From the NCBI GenBank assembly GCA_045116995.1, contig JBGUMU010000034.1:15854-79853 (forward strand): DNA of 64,000 nt, in the 5' to 3' direction. The notes under the pieces were generated by a model. It was not told the DNA's origin. It was given only the letters and a program-made list of their open reading frames with translations, and did no database searches. Of the stretch, positions 50,779 through 59,765 are shown piece by piece. Numbering within the stretch: the stretch's first letter is position 1; each line of letters starts with the position of its first letter. The stretch is from Bacilli bacterium. GTDB lineage: Bacteria; Bacillota_I; Bacilli_A; RFN20; CAG-826. The translations under genes were made by a program, and so were the position numbers.

Positions 50779-52062
50779 TTAAATTTGATCCAATTCTTTT
50801 CTAATAGCTTTCTCGTTAAGGTTTTGACCGATAAACACGAGTTTGATTAATCGATCTTGATATTCATCATCCCAGTCATGGGCGAAGTTCTCATCGTTAT
50901 GTCTTAAATATGTAAGTTGTGCTTTTGTTAATGTCGCTGAGAACCATTTTCTTGAATAAGTTAAGGTTGTTTGAGAACCTGCTGATTCATAGATATAAAT
51001 ATTTTCTTTTTCATTAGCGAAGTAGCAAACGCCCTTTGCTCTAATGATATGGTGTTTACCACTTTCTTCTTTGACCCAGTTTTCAAACTTTTCTTGGTCA
51101 AATGGTCTTCTACGATAATAGACGAAGGTATTAATGTCATATTCAAGAGCGGTACCTTCTTCTTCATTTTCAATACCATGGTGATGGTGATGATGGTGGT
51201 GATGATGTTCATGATGTTCATGCTCATGCTCATCTTCATCTTCGTCATCATCGTCGTGGTCATGATGGTGATGGTGTTCTTCTTCCTCATCGTCATCATC
51301 GTCATCGTGATGTTCGACATCGCTATCCCAGTCTTCAAATTCTCTAATCCAAGCAGCGGAGCCACTAGCCTTATCAAAATTGAAGAGACCTGTATCAATT
51401 AATCTATCAATATCAACGTCGCAGTAATCAGATTCAATAATCTCGGCTTCTGGTTGTAAAGCCTTAACAGCGAGTTTCACTCTTCTGAGTTCTTCTTCAC
51501 TAATTAATGAAGCTTTATTTAATAACACAATGTCGCAGAATTCGATTTGTTGAATCACTAAGTTTTCTAAGTTTTCTTCACCACGTGTCGCTTCTTTTAA
51601 TGTTTCACCACAGCCAAATTCATCTCTAAGTCTTAAGGCATCAGTAACAGAAATAACAGCGTCTAACCAATAGAACTTTGGTAAGTGTTGCTTCTCAAAT
51701 TCTTGTTCCATATAGGTAATTGTTTGAGCAATTGGTACTGGTTCACAGATACCAGAAGCTTCAATTAAGATATGGTCATATTTTTGTTGTTTGACTAAGT
51801 CAGCGAGTTGTTGAATTAAGTCTTGCTTTAATGTGCAGCAGATGCAGCCATTAGAGAGAGCCACTAAGTTTTCATCTTTACCTGCGACAACACCATTTTC
51901 TTCAATTAATTCAGCATCGATATTAACTTCACCGATATCGTTGACGATAACGGCCATTTTATGTCCTTTAGCGTTCTTTAATATATGATTGATTAAAGTG
52001 GTTTTACCACTTCCTAAATAACCGGTAATAAGTGTAATTGGCACTGTTTTATAGTTTTCCAT
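50779..52062 (-). CDS. COG0523 (CobW/YjiA/ZigA-type) metallochaperone GTPase with an extended His/Asp/Glu tract
   Basis: ITGYLGSGKTTLINHIL is the P-loop and GCICCTL is the CxCC metal motif. An internal HHDDDDDDEEEEHHHHHDHDDDDEDEDEHEHEHHEHHHHHHHHHH tract is present. ATG 52062 is preferred. Confidence 0.9.
   Translation of the reverse strand: MENYKTVPITLITGYLGSGKTTLINHILKNAKGHKMAVIVNDIGEVNIDAELIEENGVVAGKDENLVALSNGCICCTLKQDLIQQLADLVKQQKYDHILIEASGICEPVPIAQTITYMEQEFEKQHLPKFYWLDAVISVTDALRLRDEFGCGETLKEATRGEENLENLVIQQIEFCDIVLLNKASLISEEELRRVKLAVKALQPEAEIIESDYCDVDIDRLIDTGLFNFDKASGSAAWIREFEDWDSDVEHHDDDDDDEEEEHHHHHDHDDDDEDEDEHEHEHHEHHHHHHHHHHGIENEEEGTALEYDINTFVYYRRRPFDQEKFENWVKEESGKHHIIRAKGVCYFANEKENIYIYESAGSQTTLTYSRKWFSATLTKAQLTYLRHNDENFAHDWDDEYQDRLIKLVFIGQNLNEKAIRKELDQI
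51178..51314 (-). repeat. His/Asp/Glu low-complexity coding tract
   Basis: A run of CAT/CAC, GAT/GAC and GAA/GAG codons inside the COG0523 gene. Confidence 0.9.
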
Positions 52063-52204
52063 GTTCTTACCCCCTATAACGCTCACATATTTTATCATAT
52101 TAATTTCAAATTAATAGTTAAACGTTAAACAATTTTTACTATCGAATTTCTTTATAACAGATTTTTGTGTTTTAATCGTCTTAATTCGTGAGAGGTGAAT
52201 CAAT

Positions 52205-53023
52205 ATGAACTTTCCACAATTATTAGTAACAATTCCATTTATCTTTTCCACTAGGGCAACCGAACCACTTCCAGGTCATTTTGTTGAGCGTAAAGAATAT
52301 CGTGATTTTACCGCGACACTTGTGGAATCAATTCCTGATCCTGAAGATGAAAAATGTACACGCCATAAAGTCCATATCAAAAATACAGGAGAAGGATATA
52401 TAAAAGAATTCAGAATGCTCTCGGCTGAAGGATATACTAATCGCTATAGCCAATGCATAGACGGCAGTGCTCTACAAAATCAAGTGATTGCACCTGGTCA
52501 AGAAGTTGATGAAGTTTTTGATGTTTATTATTCAGTGGAATCATTGGATGACGTCACTATATTAGGCTATGCCTATGTTGATTTTACTGATGAAGTGAAC
52601 TATACGTGTGGCAAGCATCTCGAAAGTCTCAATTCCGTTGATGAAAATTTGTACTGTTATCGTGTTGATATGGTTCTTGATGCCGAAAATGACCAATACT
52701 GCTATGGGGCAATTATCAAAATTAAACACGAAGATATTGAATATTATTTTGAAGCAGATTTAGTAAACAATTTCTCCTTTACCACCCCAGTGGAATTTAA
52801 AGATGATGATAGTGTGGAAGTAATCAAAATCGTTAAAACTGAATATAGATATTCCAGTTGTTATGGTGATAATTACTATAATCAAGGTCAAGATGAAGAA
52901 TTGAACCCTCTTGTTATAATCATTCCCGTTTCATCAATTATTCTTGTAGGAATCGGAACAATTGTGTTCTTCTCCATTCGTTCTTCTAGAAAGAATGGTA
53001 AGAAAAAAGATATAATTAGTTAA
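52205..53023 (+). CDS. Hypothetical protein with C-terminal membrane anchor
   Basis: 272 aa. A C-terminal TM (LVIIIPVSSIILVGIGTIVFF) is followed by the basic tail SIRSSRKNGKKKD. Confidence 0.55.
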   Translation: MNFPQLLVTIPFIFSTRATEPLPGHFVERKEYRDFTATLVESIPDPEDEKCTRHKVHIKNTGEGYIKEFRMLSAEGYTNRYSQCIDGSALQNQVIAPGQEVDEVFDVYYSVESLDDVTILGYAYVDFTDEVNYTCGKHLESLNSVDENLYCYRVDMVLDAENDQYCYGAIIKIKHEDIEYYFEADLVNNFSFTTPVEFKDDDSVEVIKIVKTEYRYSSCYGDNYYNQGQDEELNPLVIIIPVSSIILVGIGTIVFFSIRSSRKNGKKKDIIS

Positions 53024-53066
53024 CAAATAATAAAAACACACTATAATACTAGGCGAGGAAAAAGTT

Positions 53067-53396
53067 ATGAAAGTCGAATTAACACTCGTGTTAAAAACTA
53101 CCGAACGTGCTTATGGTGCATTAGAAGCAATTAAAAGAGCGGGTTATAACGCTACTGTTATGACCAGTGAATCTTTAAGACACGCTGTTGACTATTATCC
53201 AGGCGAACATACATTCATCAATCTTAGACACGTTGAACAAAGAGATGTTTTCGAAAGTATCTTAGGTGTCTTTATCGTTGAAAGTGATCGTTTAGATGAT
53301 TTAAAGAAAGTCATCCGCGAAACCACTAAGAATTTCACAGAAATTAAAGGCTTCATGTATTCTAGAGCAATCGACGACTTTGAAGGTTCTATCTAG
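53067..53396 (+). CDS. Small PII-like (beta-alpha-beta x2) protein, candidate transporter regulator
   Basis: 109 aa. By eye the secondary-structure pattern is beta (VELTLVL), alpha (ERAYGALEAIKRAG), beta (ATVMT), a long loop, beta (ILGVFIV), alpha (DRLDDLKKVIRE), beta (GFMYSRAI). It lies 5 nt upstream of the antiporter gene. Confidence 0.35.
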   Translation: MKVELTLVLKTTERAYGALEAIKRAGYNATVMTSESLRHAVDYYPGEHTFINLRHVEQRDVFESILGVFIVESDRLDDLKKVIRETTKNFTEIKGFMYSRAIDDFEGSI

Positions 53397-53401
53397 GAAT
53401 T

Positions 53402-54703
53402 ATGGAAGTCTTTTCGATATTTGCTTATGTAGCTGCTCTTTTGTTGGTGGCCTTGTTATCAACGCGTTTAATGCGTCTTATCAAATTACCTAATGTGACT
53501 GGTTATATTCTTACCGGTATTATCATGGGACCATTTTTATTTGGTCTATTATTTAATAACTTCTCATTTACTGATATCAAACAAGGTTTAATCTATAACT
53601 TTGTTGATAAGATTGGCTGGGTTTCCACTGTAGCCCTAGGCTTTATCGCTTTCTCTATTGGTACATCATTTAAATTCAGCACAATTAAAGCCTTAGGTAA
53701 AAGAGTCTTAGTTATTACTGTTTTAGAAGCTTTAGGTGCTTCTTTATTAGTGGTGGCCGCTTTATTAGTAGCCCATTTTATCTTCCCTCAATACGTTTCT
53801 TTAGAATTAGCATTAACCTTATCTGCAATTGCCAGTGCAACAGCGCCCGCTGCAACCTTGATGGTTATCAAGCAATATAGAGCACATGGTCCATTAGTGG
53901 ATACCTTACTACCAGTTGTTGCTTTGGACGATGCTGCCGCTTTAATCTTATTTGCTATTCTTTTCCAAATCGCAACCGCTTTAGCGGGTGGTTCTGTTTC
54001 CGTTTATGCGATTATCATTAAGCCATTACTTGAAATCACCATCTCCTTAGGTGTTGGTGCGGTACTTGGCTTTGTGATTAGCTTTGCTAACCGCTTCTTT
54101 AAATCTAGAAACAATAGACTTATTTGGAATATCTTCTCCGTTTTTGCCGCTTTAGGTTTCTATTATTTATTCAAGAGCCCAATGATGGGTGGCTTTGAAC
54201 TTAGCTCATTACTTACCTGCATGATGGCAGGTGCCATATACACTAACTTCGTTAAAGAATCTGGTCGTACATTAGATGTTATGGATAGATTTACTTCTCC
54301 GGTCTATATGATGTTCTTTGTTATCTCAGGTGCATCTTTAGACTTAACTATCTTCTTTAACGGTGATGGTTTAGTGGTGGTTCTTATTGCTTTAACATAT
54401 CTTGTCTTCCGTGTCATTGGTAAATGGTCTGGTGCCTTCGCTGGTGCAACTATTACAAGATGCGAACCTCAAGTTAAGAAATACTTAGGCTTTGCTTTAG
54501 TGCCTCAAGCCGGTGTCGCTATCGGTTTATCTACAACAGCATATAAGTTGTTCTCTCAATATCAAGATCCTGCTATGCAAAAAACAGGCGCTTTAATTCT
54601 CGCCATTATCTTAACAAGTACATTAATCTACGAACTCTTTGGTCCAATGGTGGCCAAGTTTGCGCTTAAGAAAGCTCACGAAATCCCAGAAGAAAACCTT
54701 TAA
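53402..54703 (+). CDS. Cation:proton antiporter (CPA1/CPA2 Na+/H+-exchanger family)
   Basis: N-terminal LPNVTGYILTGIIMGP. About 12 TMs, 433 aa, with no RCK domain. Confidence 0.85.
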   Translation: MEVFSIFAYVAALLLVALLSTRLMRLIKLPNVTGYILTGIIMGPFLFGLLFNNFSFTDIKQGLIYNFVDKIGWVSTVALGFIAFSIGTSFKFSTIKALGKRVLVITVLEALGASLLVVAALLVAHFIFPQYVSLELALTLSAIASATAPAATLMVIKQYRAHGPLVDTLLPVVALDDAAALILFAILFQIATALAGGSVSVYAIIIKPLLEITISLGVGAVLGFVISFANRFFKSRNNRLIWNIFSVFAALGFYYLFKSPMMGGFELSSLLTCMMAGAIYTNFVKESGRTLDVMDRFTSPVYMMFFVISGASLDLTIFFNGDGLVVVLIALTYLVFRVIGKWSGAFAGATITRCEPQVKKYLGFALVPQAGVAIGLSTTAYKLFSQYQDPAMQKTGALILAIILTSTLIYELFGPMVAKFALKKAHEIPEENL

Positions 54704-55773
54704 GCAATTAGTTTTTTCTTCTCAGGCTTAACCATATTTTTAATTAACTTTTTAACAACTCGCATGACGAGTTTTTTATCATCTTTGCTTAAACCCCTGT
54801 AGGCTTTATAAATAGGACCGAACTGTAAAAGAAGTTTCTTAAAGAAGACGACAAAGTCGTCAGCCTCAAACTTTTCTAATTCGCCAAAGATGATTTCAGT
54901 GAATCTTTCTCTATCTTCAGCGTTAAGAGATTCAATCCAACCATTAAGGGACTTTTCTAAATATCTAGAAGACATTGTTCTTTTAGTTAAATAGACAAAG
55001 TCATTATCCTTAATAATCCATTCAAATGGGTTATGTTGTAAGAACATGACCGCTCGACTTTTAATAATCTTAACGTCAGTTTCATTAGAGAAAAGCACAC
55101 CCACGATAGATGATTGAGGGACAATCTTAGTGAACTTTTCTAATCTATCTTCTTTGCCTTTAAACAAGCCCTTAATTCTAAAACCAGGGCCATCAAATGA
55201 ATACACGTGTTCAATATGTGAGACATCTTCAAGCTGACTCAATAAGTAAGTACAGATGTTACCACCCTTACTATGACCACATAAAATAAGCTTTTCTTTA
55301 CTATGTCTTTTAATGACTCTTTTAATAAACTCTTCCGCGTAAGCGTATGAGTGCATTCTATCACTATAGGAAAGAGTGAAGTCTTCCTTCCAACCAGCAT
55401 AGGATGGATCAGTACCTCTTACTGCGATAATGATTTGATTTTTAAACTTAACCGCAACGACAGCGAATTGAATACCTTTTTTACGATCTAGGATATATTC
55501 ATAATCCACAACCTTGGCGTCTTTAAATCTTTCTGAATTAATCATGCGGTTAAGATAGCGGCGTGAAAATCTTGGGAAATAAGAGAAGTAATAAGGTTCT
55601 AACTTTTGATATTCAGGAATATATGCAAAATCACTAATCTTTAAAGGCAATCTATCTTTAACAATGGAAAAATCAAAATACGCCACCCAACTTATGACCA
55701 AAGCGTCAATGATATTAAGTGGAGTTGTCTTGATATCATCTTGGTTTTTCTTTATATAACCAATAACATTCAT
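54700..55773 (-). CDS. Mbeg1-like (DUF2974) alpha/beta-hydrolase or lipase-like protein
   Basis: LILCGHSKGGN is a GHSxG nucleophile elbow in the GHSKGGN form I associate with DUF2974. Confidence 0.7.
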   Translation of the reverse strand: MNVIGYIKKNQDDIKTTPLNIIDALVISWVAYFDFSIVKDRLPLKISDFAYIPEYQKLEPYYFSYFPRFSRRYLNRMINSERFKDAKVVDYEYILDRKKGIQFAVVAVKFKNQIIIAVRGTDPSYAGWKEDFTLSYSDRMHSYAYAEEFIKRVIKRHSKEKLILCGHSKGGNICTYLLSQLEDVSHIEHVYSFDGPGFRIKGLFKGKEDRLEKFTKIVPQSSIVGVLFSNETDVKIIKSRAVMFLQHNPFEWIIKDNDFVYLTKRTMSSRYLEKSLNGWIESLNAEDRERFTEIIFGELEKFEADDFVVFFKKLLLQFGPIYKAYRGLSKDDKKLVMRVVKKLIKNMVKPEKKKLIA

Positions 55774-55847
55774 GCAAATATATTAACATATATGACCTTA
55801 AATGGTGTTAAAATATAAGAGCATAATTATTAGGAGATAAAAACATC

Positions 55848-56252
55848 ATGAAAAAAGCATCAGAAATTATGTTTAAAATTGGTAATATCTTTACCATCAT
55901 CTACCTTGTTCTAGGTGTTGTCTTATTCTTTGTCGGCACTGGTATGGCCATTGGTGGTACTGTTGGTGTTGCCATGGCTGATGGTGATGAAGCTGCGACT
56001 GCTGCTGGTGCAGCCTTACTCGGTTCAGGCGTTTCAACATTACTCATTGGCATTTACTTCTTTGTGACATCTCTTGTCTGCTTAATCCTTGTTCGTAAAG
56101 CTCAAAGAGAACTTGCAAACACCGCCACATCTAACAAGAAGCCATTCATCGTTTCAATCGTCTGTGGTGCTATTGCTAGTAACTATTTCTATGTTCTCGC
56201 TGGTATCTTCGGCATAATCGCTGAAGGCCAACAAGGTAGACAAGCTGAATAG
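55848..56252 (+). CDS. Small membrane protein
   Basis: 134 aa, 4 hydrophobic segments, Gly/Ala-rich. Confidence 0.6.
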   Translation: MKKASEIMFKIGNIFTIIYLVLGVVLFFVGTGMAIGGTVGVAMADGDEAATAAGAALLGSGVSTLLIGIYFFVTSLVCLILVRKAQRELANTATSNKKPFIVSIVCGAIASNYFYVLAGIFGIIAEGQQGRQAE

Positions 56253-56275
56253 TTAAATAACAAACAAGAAAACAT

Positions 56276-56302
56276 GACCCGCTTATGCGGGTCTTTTCTT
56301 TT
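56276..56302 (+). terminator. Rho-independent terminator
   Basis: GACCCGC-ttat-GCGGGTC followed by TTTTCTTTT. Confidence 0.8.
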
Positions 56303-56582
56303 ACGCGCGCGCGTAATCCATTAATAAATAGGGGAATAATCAGGAAAAAATATTTTTTCAATAATTCTCTTAACACTCTTTTAATGTTAATCAAAAGTAG
56401 GCCTTTTCTTGTCTAATATGCCCATCCCGTTATCTAAAGGGCATTATTGGTATAAATCTAACTCCATAATCCTTAACCTATTATTTAATCAAAAAAGTTT
56501 AATTCGGTATTTTTTACGCAAAAATAGGGAGTTGCATATTTTTCTAAAGTAATACATACTAGAATCACAGAGGTTACATAAT

Positions 56583-57623
56583 ATGCGAATGTTTGACTTA
56601 CAGGGTGCTGTCAATGCTCTTTTGACCAACCCTAACATTGTTTCTTTACTTAATTCTATTGAATTATATAAAGGAAAAACTACCGCCGTTAAGAAACTCA
56701 AAAAAGTTGAAAAATTAACGGAACTTGCTTACATCAGTGGCACAGAAGCTAGCTGTGCGATGGGTTCAGTCTTCATTGGTGATGACCGTATGAAAGCTTT
56801 ACTCATTAAGGGACAATCCCCAGCAACCTATACAGAATATGTCTTCAATGGTTATTACAAAGCATTAAAACACATCGATGAATGCTATAAATTCCAACCA
56901 TTCGATCGCTCATTCATCTCCACATTACATTACTATTTATATAAGGACTATAACCCAGAAATGGGTGGTCAATATAAAGACGCCTTAAATTATATTCAAG
57001 AAAGAATGACTGATGGTTCAATGAGAACAATCTTCGTCACCGCTGACCCAAGTGCTGTTCCACAACTATTAGACAATCTTGTTTACCAATATAACCTTGC
57101 TTCACAAAACGAAGAAACAAATAAGCTCGTTCTTATTCTTGCTTTCATGCTCGACTTCGTTTGTATCCATCCATTCAATAGAGCGAATGGCCGTATCTCT
57201 AGATTAATCATGAACTTCTTAATGAAGAAAAATGGTTATGATATCGGTAATTACTTCTCTATCCCATATATCATGAGACAACGCTTCTCTGATTATATTG
57301 ATGCTTTTGAAGCTTCTTCCCAAGGCTGGCATGATAATGAAAACGATTACACCCAATTCGTTACTTATATGCTCAAGTGCATCTTAGAAGCTTATCGTAA
57401 ACTTGACTACATTATGGAAGTCAACGATATGGATGAATTAACCATCGAAAAAGTTTACAAAGTTATCTTTGATAGCGCTAAACCAATTAGCAAACGCGTT
57501 ATTGAAAACGTTTTATACGCAACAAGCTCTGCCACAATTGAAAAAGCTTTAGCAGAACTCGTTAAAGATAATAGAATCCAGCTCATATCTAAAGGTAGAT
57601 ATAGCAAATACTTTAGACTATAA
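56583..57623 (+). CDS. Fic-family protein with variant active-site motif and C-terminal winged-helix-like domain
   Basis: HPFNRANGRISR (57168-57203) versus the canonical HxFx(D/E)GNGRxxR. Confidence 0.85.
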   Translation: MRMFDLQGAVNALLTNPNIVSLLNSIELYKGKTTAVKKLKKVEKLTELAYISGTEASCAMGSVFIGDDRMKALLIKGQSPATYTEYVFNGYYKALKHIDECYKFQPFDRSFISTLHYYLYKDYNPEMGGQYKDALNYIQERMTDGSMRTIFVTADPSAVPQLLDNLVYQYNLASQNEETNKLVLILAFMLDFVCIHPFNRANGRISRLIMNFLMKKNGYDIGNYFSIPYIMRQRFSDYIDAFEASSQGWHDNENDYTQFVTYMLKCILEAYRKLDYIMEVNDMDELTIEKVYKVIFDSAKPISKRVIENVLYATSSATIEKALAELVKDNRIQLISKGRYSKYFRL

Positions 57624-57635
57624 GGAGAATCAATC

Positions 57636-59687
57636 ATGGCAAACTATGATGCAAAAAATATTAGAAATGTTGTTATCTTAGGTCACCAATCAACGGGTAA
57701 AACAACTTTAGCGGAATCCTTAGCGTTTATCGCTGGCTTAATTCCTCAAAAAGGTGAAGTTGAAAAGAAAAATACTCTTAGTGACTACACACCTGATGAA
57801 CAAAAAAGAGGTGGCTCAATTCAAACAGCTGTTATCCCATTAAATTATAAAGATCATAAGATTAACATCATCGATGTTCCAGGTAATGATGACTTCATCT
57901 CTGAATACATCGGTGTCTTAGGCGCAGTTAAAGGTGCGGTCTTAGTAATCGATGCCTCTATCGGTGTCCAAGTCGGTACAGTCAAACACTGGAACCAACT
58001 TAGAAAACGTGGCATTCCAACATTCATCTTCATCAACAAAGTTGATAAAGAAAACGTTAAATTTGATGAATTATTAGATGAAATCCGCGCTAAGTTAGGT
58101 AAGAATGCAATCCCATTCTGCTACCCATTAGGTCATGGTGAAGGCTTTGATGGCTTCGCTAATGTCGTCGACTTAAAAGCCAGAAAACTTCATGGCAATA
58201 AGTGCCAAGATGAACCAATTCATGATGATAAGAAAGAAAAGATCTTTGAACTTCATAACATGATTAGTGAAGAAGTTGCTAAAGCCGATGACGTCTTATT
58301 AGAAAAATTCTTCTCCGGTGAAGAATTCACCGTTCAAGAAGTTCATGAATCTTTAAGAAAACTAGTTTTAGCTGGTGAATTAGTCCCAGTCTTAGTCGGT
58401 AGTGCTACAAAGAATATTGGCGTTGAAACAATGCTTGATATGTTCGTTGACTACTTACCATGTCCAGCGGATTTAAAACCATATGAAGCCAAAGACGAAA
58501 ATGGTAATCCAGTCGAACGTGAAACAAAAGATAGCGAACCATTCTCCGCTTACGTCTTCAAGACAGTTGTTGACCCATATTCAGGCACAATTAATATTAT
58601 TAAAGTTAATTCTGGTGTCTTAAAAGCGGGTGACGATGTCTATGTTGGTAAAGGTGTCCAAAGAGTTTCTATGCTCTATCAAATGACTGGTAAGAAACTA
58701 GACGCTATTCAAGAAGTCCACGCTGGTGATATCGCCGCGATTACAAGACTTGAAGGTGTGGCTAGTGGTATGACCTTATCTTCACCAAAAGCCGTTATCG
58801 AATATAAACCAGCGCATTATCCAACCGCTGTTATCTTCAAAGCCATTATCTTAGCCAATAAGAATGATGAAGCTAAGATTGGTCCAGCCTTAGCGAAGAT
58901 CCAAGCCGAAGATCCAGCCGTTGAAGTCAAACGTAATAATGAAACAAAACAATTATTATTAGGTGGTGTTTCTGATTCCCATATCAGCTTCGTCTTAGGC
59001 AAATTAAAAGATACCTATAAGATCGATGTCACAACTGAACCAATGAAAGTTGTTTATCGTGAATCCATTAAAGGTACCGCCGAAGGCGATGGCCGTTATG
59101 TTAAACAATCTGGTGGTAGTGGTTTCTATGGTGTCGTTAAGATGAGATTTGAACCAGCTGAAGAAAGCGTCTTCGCAGAAGAAGTCTTCGGTGGTGCAGT
59201 TCCAAAGAACTACTTCCCAGCCGTTGAAAAAGGTTTCTTTGAAGCCCTTAACAGTGGCCCATTAGCAGGCTTCCCAGTTATCGGTGTTAAAGGCGTCCTC
59301 GTTGATGGTAAATATCACCCAGTTGATAGTAACGAACAAGCATTCAAAATGGCCGGTATCTTAGCATTCAAAGATGCATATCCAAAGTGCAAACCAATCA
59401 TCTTAGAACCAATCATGAGAATCCATGTTATTGCTCCAACAGAATATACTGGTGATATCATGTCTGACTTAAATACACGTCGTGCTCGTATCCAAAACAT
59501 GGAAGAACACGAAGGTATGCAAGATATTGAAGCTTTAATTCCTGAAGCTGAAATCGTTGACTACGTCACACAACTCAAATCCATCACTCAAGCTTCTGGC
59601 TATTTCAATAGAGAATTCGTCTCTTACGAAGAAGTTCCAGAATACTTAAAAGACAAAGTTATTAAAGAGAACAAAATTTCTCAATAA
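57636..59687 (+). CDS. Elongation factor G paralogue (EF-G2-like) lacking the catalytic histidine
   Basis: Five-domain EF-G length (683 aa). G1 is GHQSTGKTT. G3 is DVPGNDDF instead of DTPGHVDF (Asn codon 57885-57887). G4 is NKVD. Confidence 0.88.
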   Translation: MANYDAKNIRNVVILGHQSTGKTTLAESLAFIAGLIPQKGEVEKKNTLSDYTPDEQKRGGSIQTAVIPLNYKDHKINIIDVPGNDDFISEYIGVLGAVKGAVLVIDASIGVQVGTVKHWNQLRKRGIPTFIFINKVDKENVKFDELLDEIRAKLGKNAIPFCYPLGHGEGFDGFANVVDLKARKLHGNKCQDEPIHDDKKEKIFELHNMISEEVAKADDVLLEKFFSGEEFTVQEVHESLRKLVLAGELVPVLVGSATKNIGVETMLDMFVDYLPCPADLKPYEAKDENGNPVERETKDSEPFSAYVFKTVVDPYSGTINIIKVNSGVLKAGDDVYVGKGVQRVSMLYQMTGKKLDAIQEVHAGDIAAITRLEGVASGMTLSSPKAVIEYKPAHYPTAVIFKAIILANKNDEAKIGPALAKIQAEDPAVEVKRNNETKQLLLGGVSDSHISFVLGKLKDTYKIDVTTEPMKVVYRESIKGTAEGDGRYVKQSGGSGFYGVVKMRFEPAEESVFAEEVFGGAVPKNYFPAVEKGFFEALNSGPLAGFPVIGVKGVLVDGKYHPVDSNEQAFKMAGILAFKDAYPKCKPIILEPIMRIHVIAPTEYTGDIMSDLNTRRARIQNMEEHEGMQDIEALIPEAEIVDYVTQLKSITQASGYFNREFVSYEEVPEYLKDKVIKENKISQ

Positions 59688-59765
59688 TAAAAACCCAAAT
59701 CAGGAAGAGAGGGAATATCGTTTCCCTCTTTTCTTTTGAAAAGAATTATTACAAAATAATGAAGT

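Noticed and set aside
50961-51402. ORFs 50961-51398 (-) and 51049-51402 (+) with M/T/I/V-rich repetitive translations
   Set aside because: These are alternative-frame and antisense readings of the His/Asp/Glu codon run inside the COG0523 GTPase gene. The GTPase frame has clear P-loop and CxCC motifs on both sides of the tract.
52063-52204. preQ1 riboswitch or Zur box upstream of the COG0523-queT operon
   Set aside because: Reading the minus strand, I found no AGAGGTTC..CCCTCT..AAAAAACTAA-type preQ1-I element. On the plus strand there are only imperfect AATCGT / AATTCGT direct words, not the palindromic AAATCGTAAT-N-ATTACGATTT Zur pattern. Model-based scanning could still overturn this.
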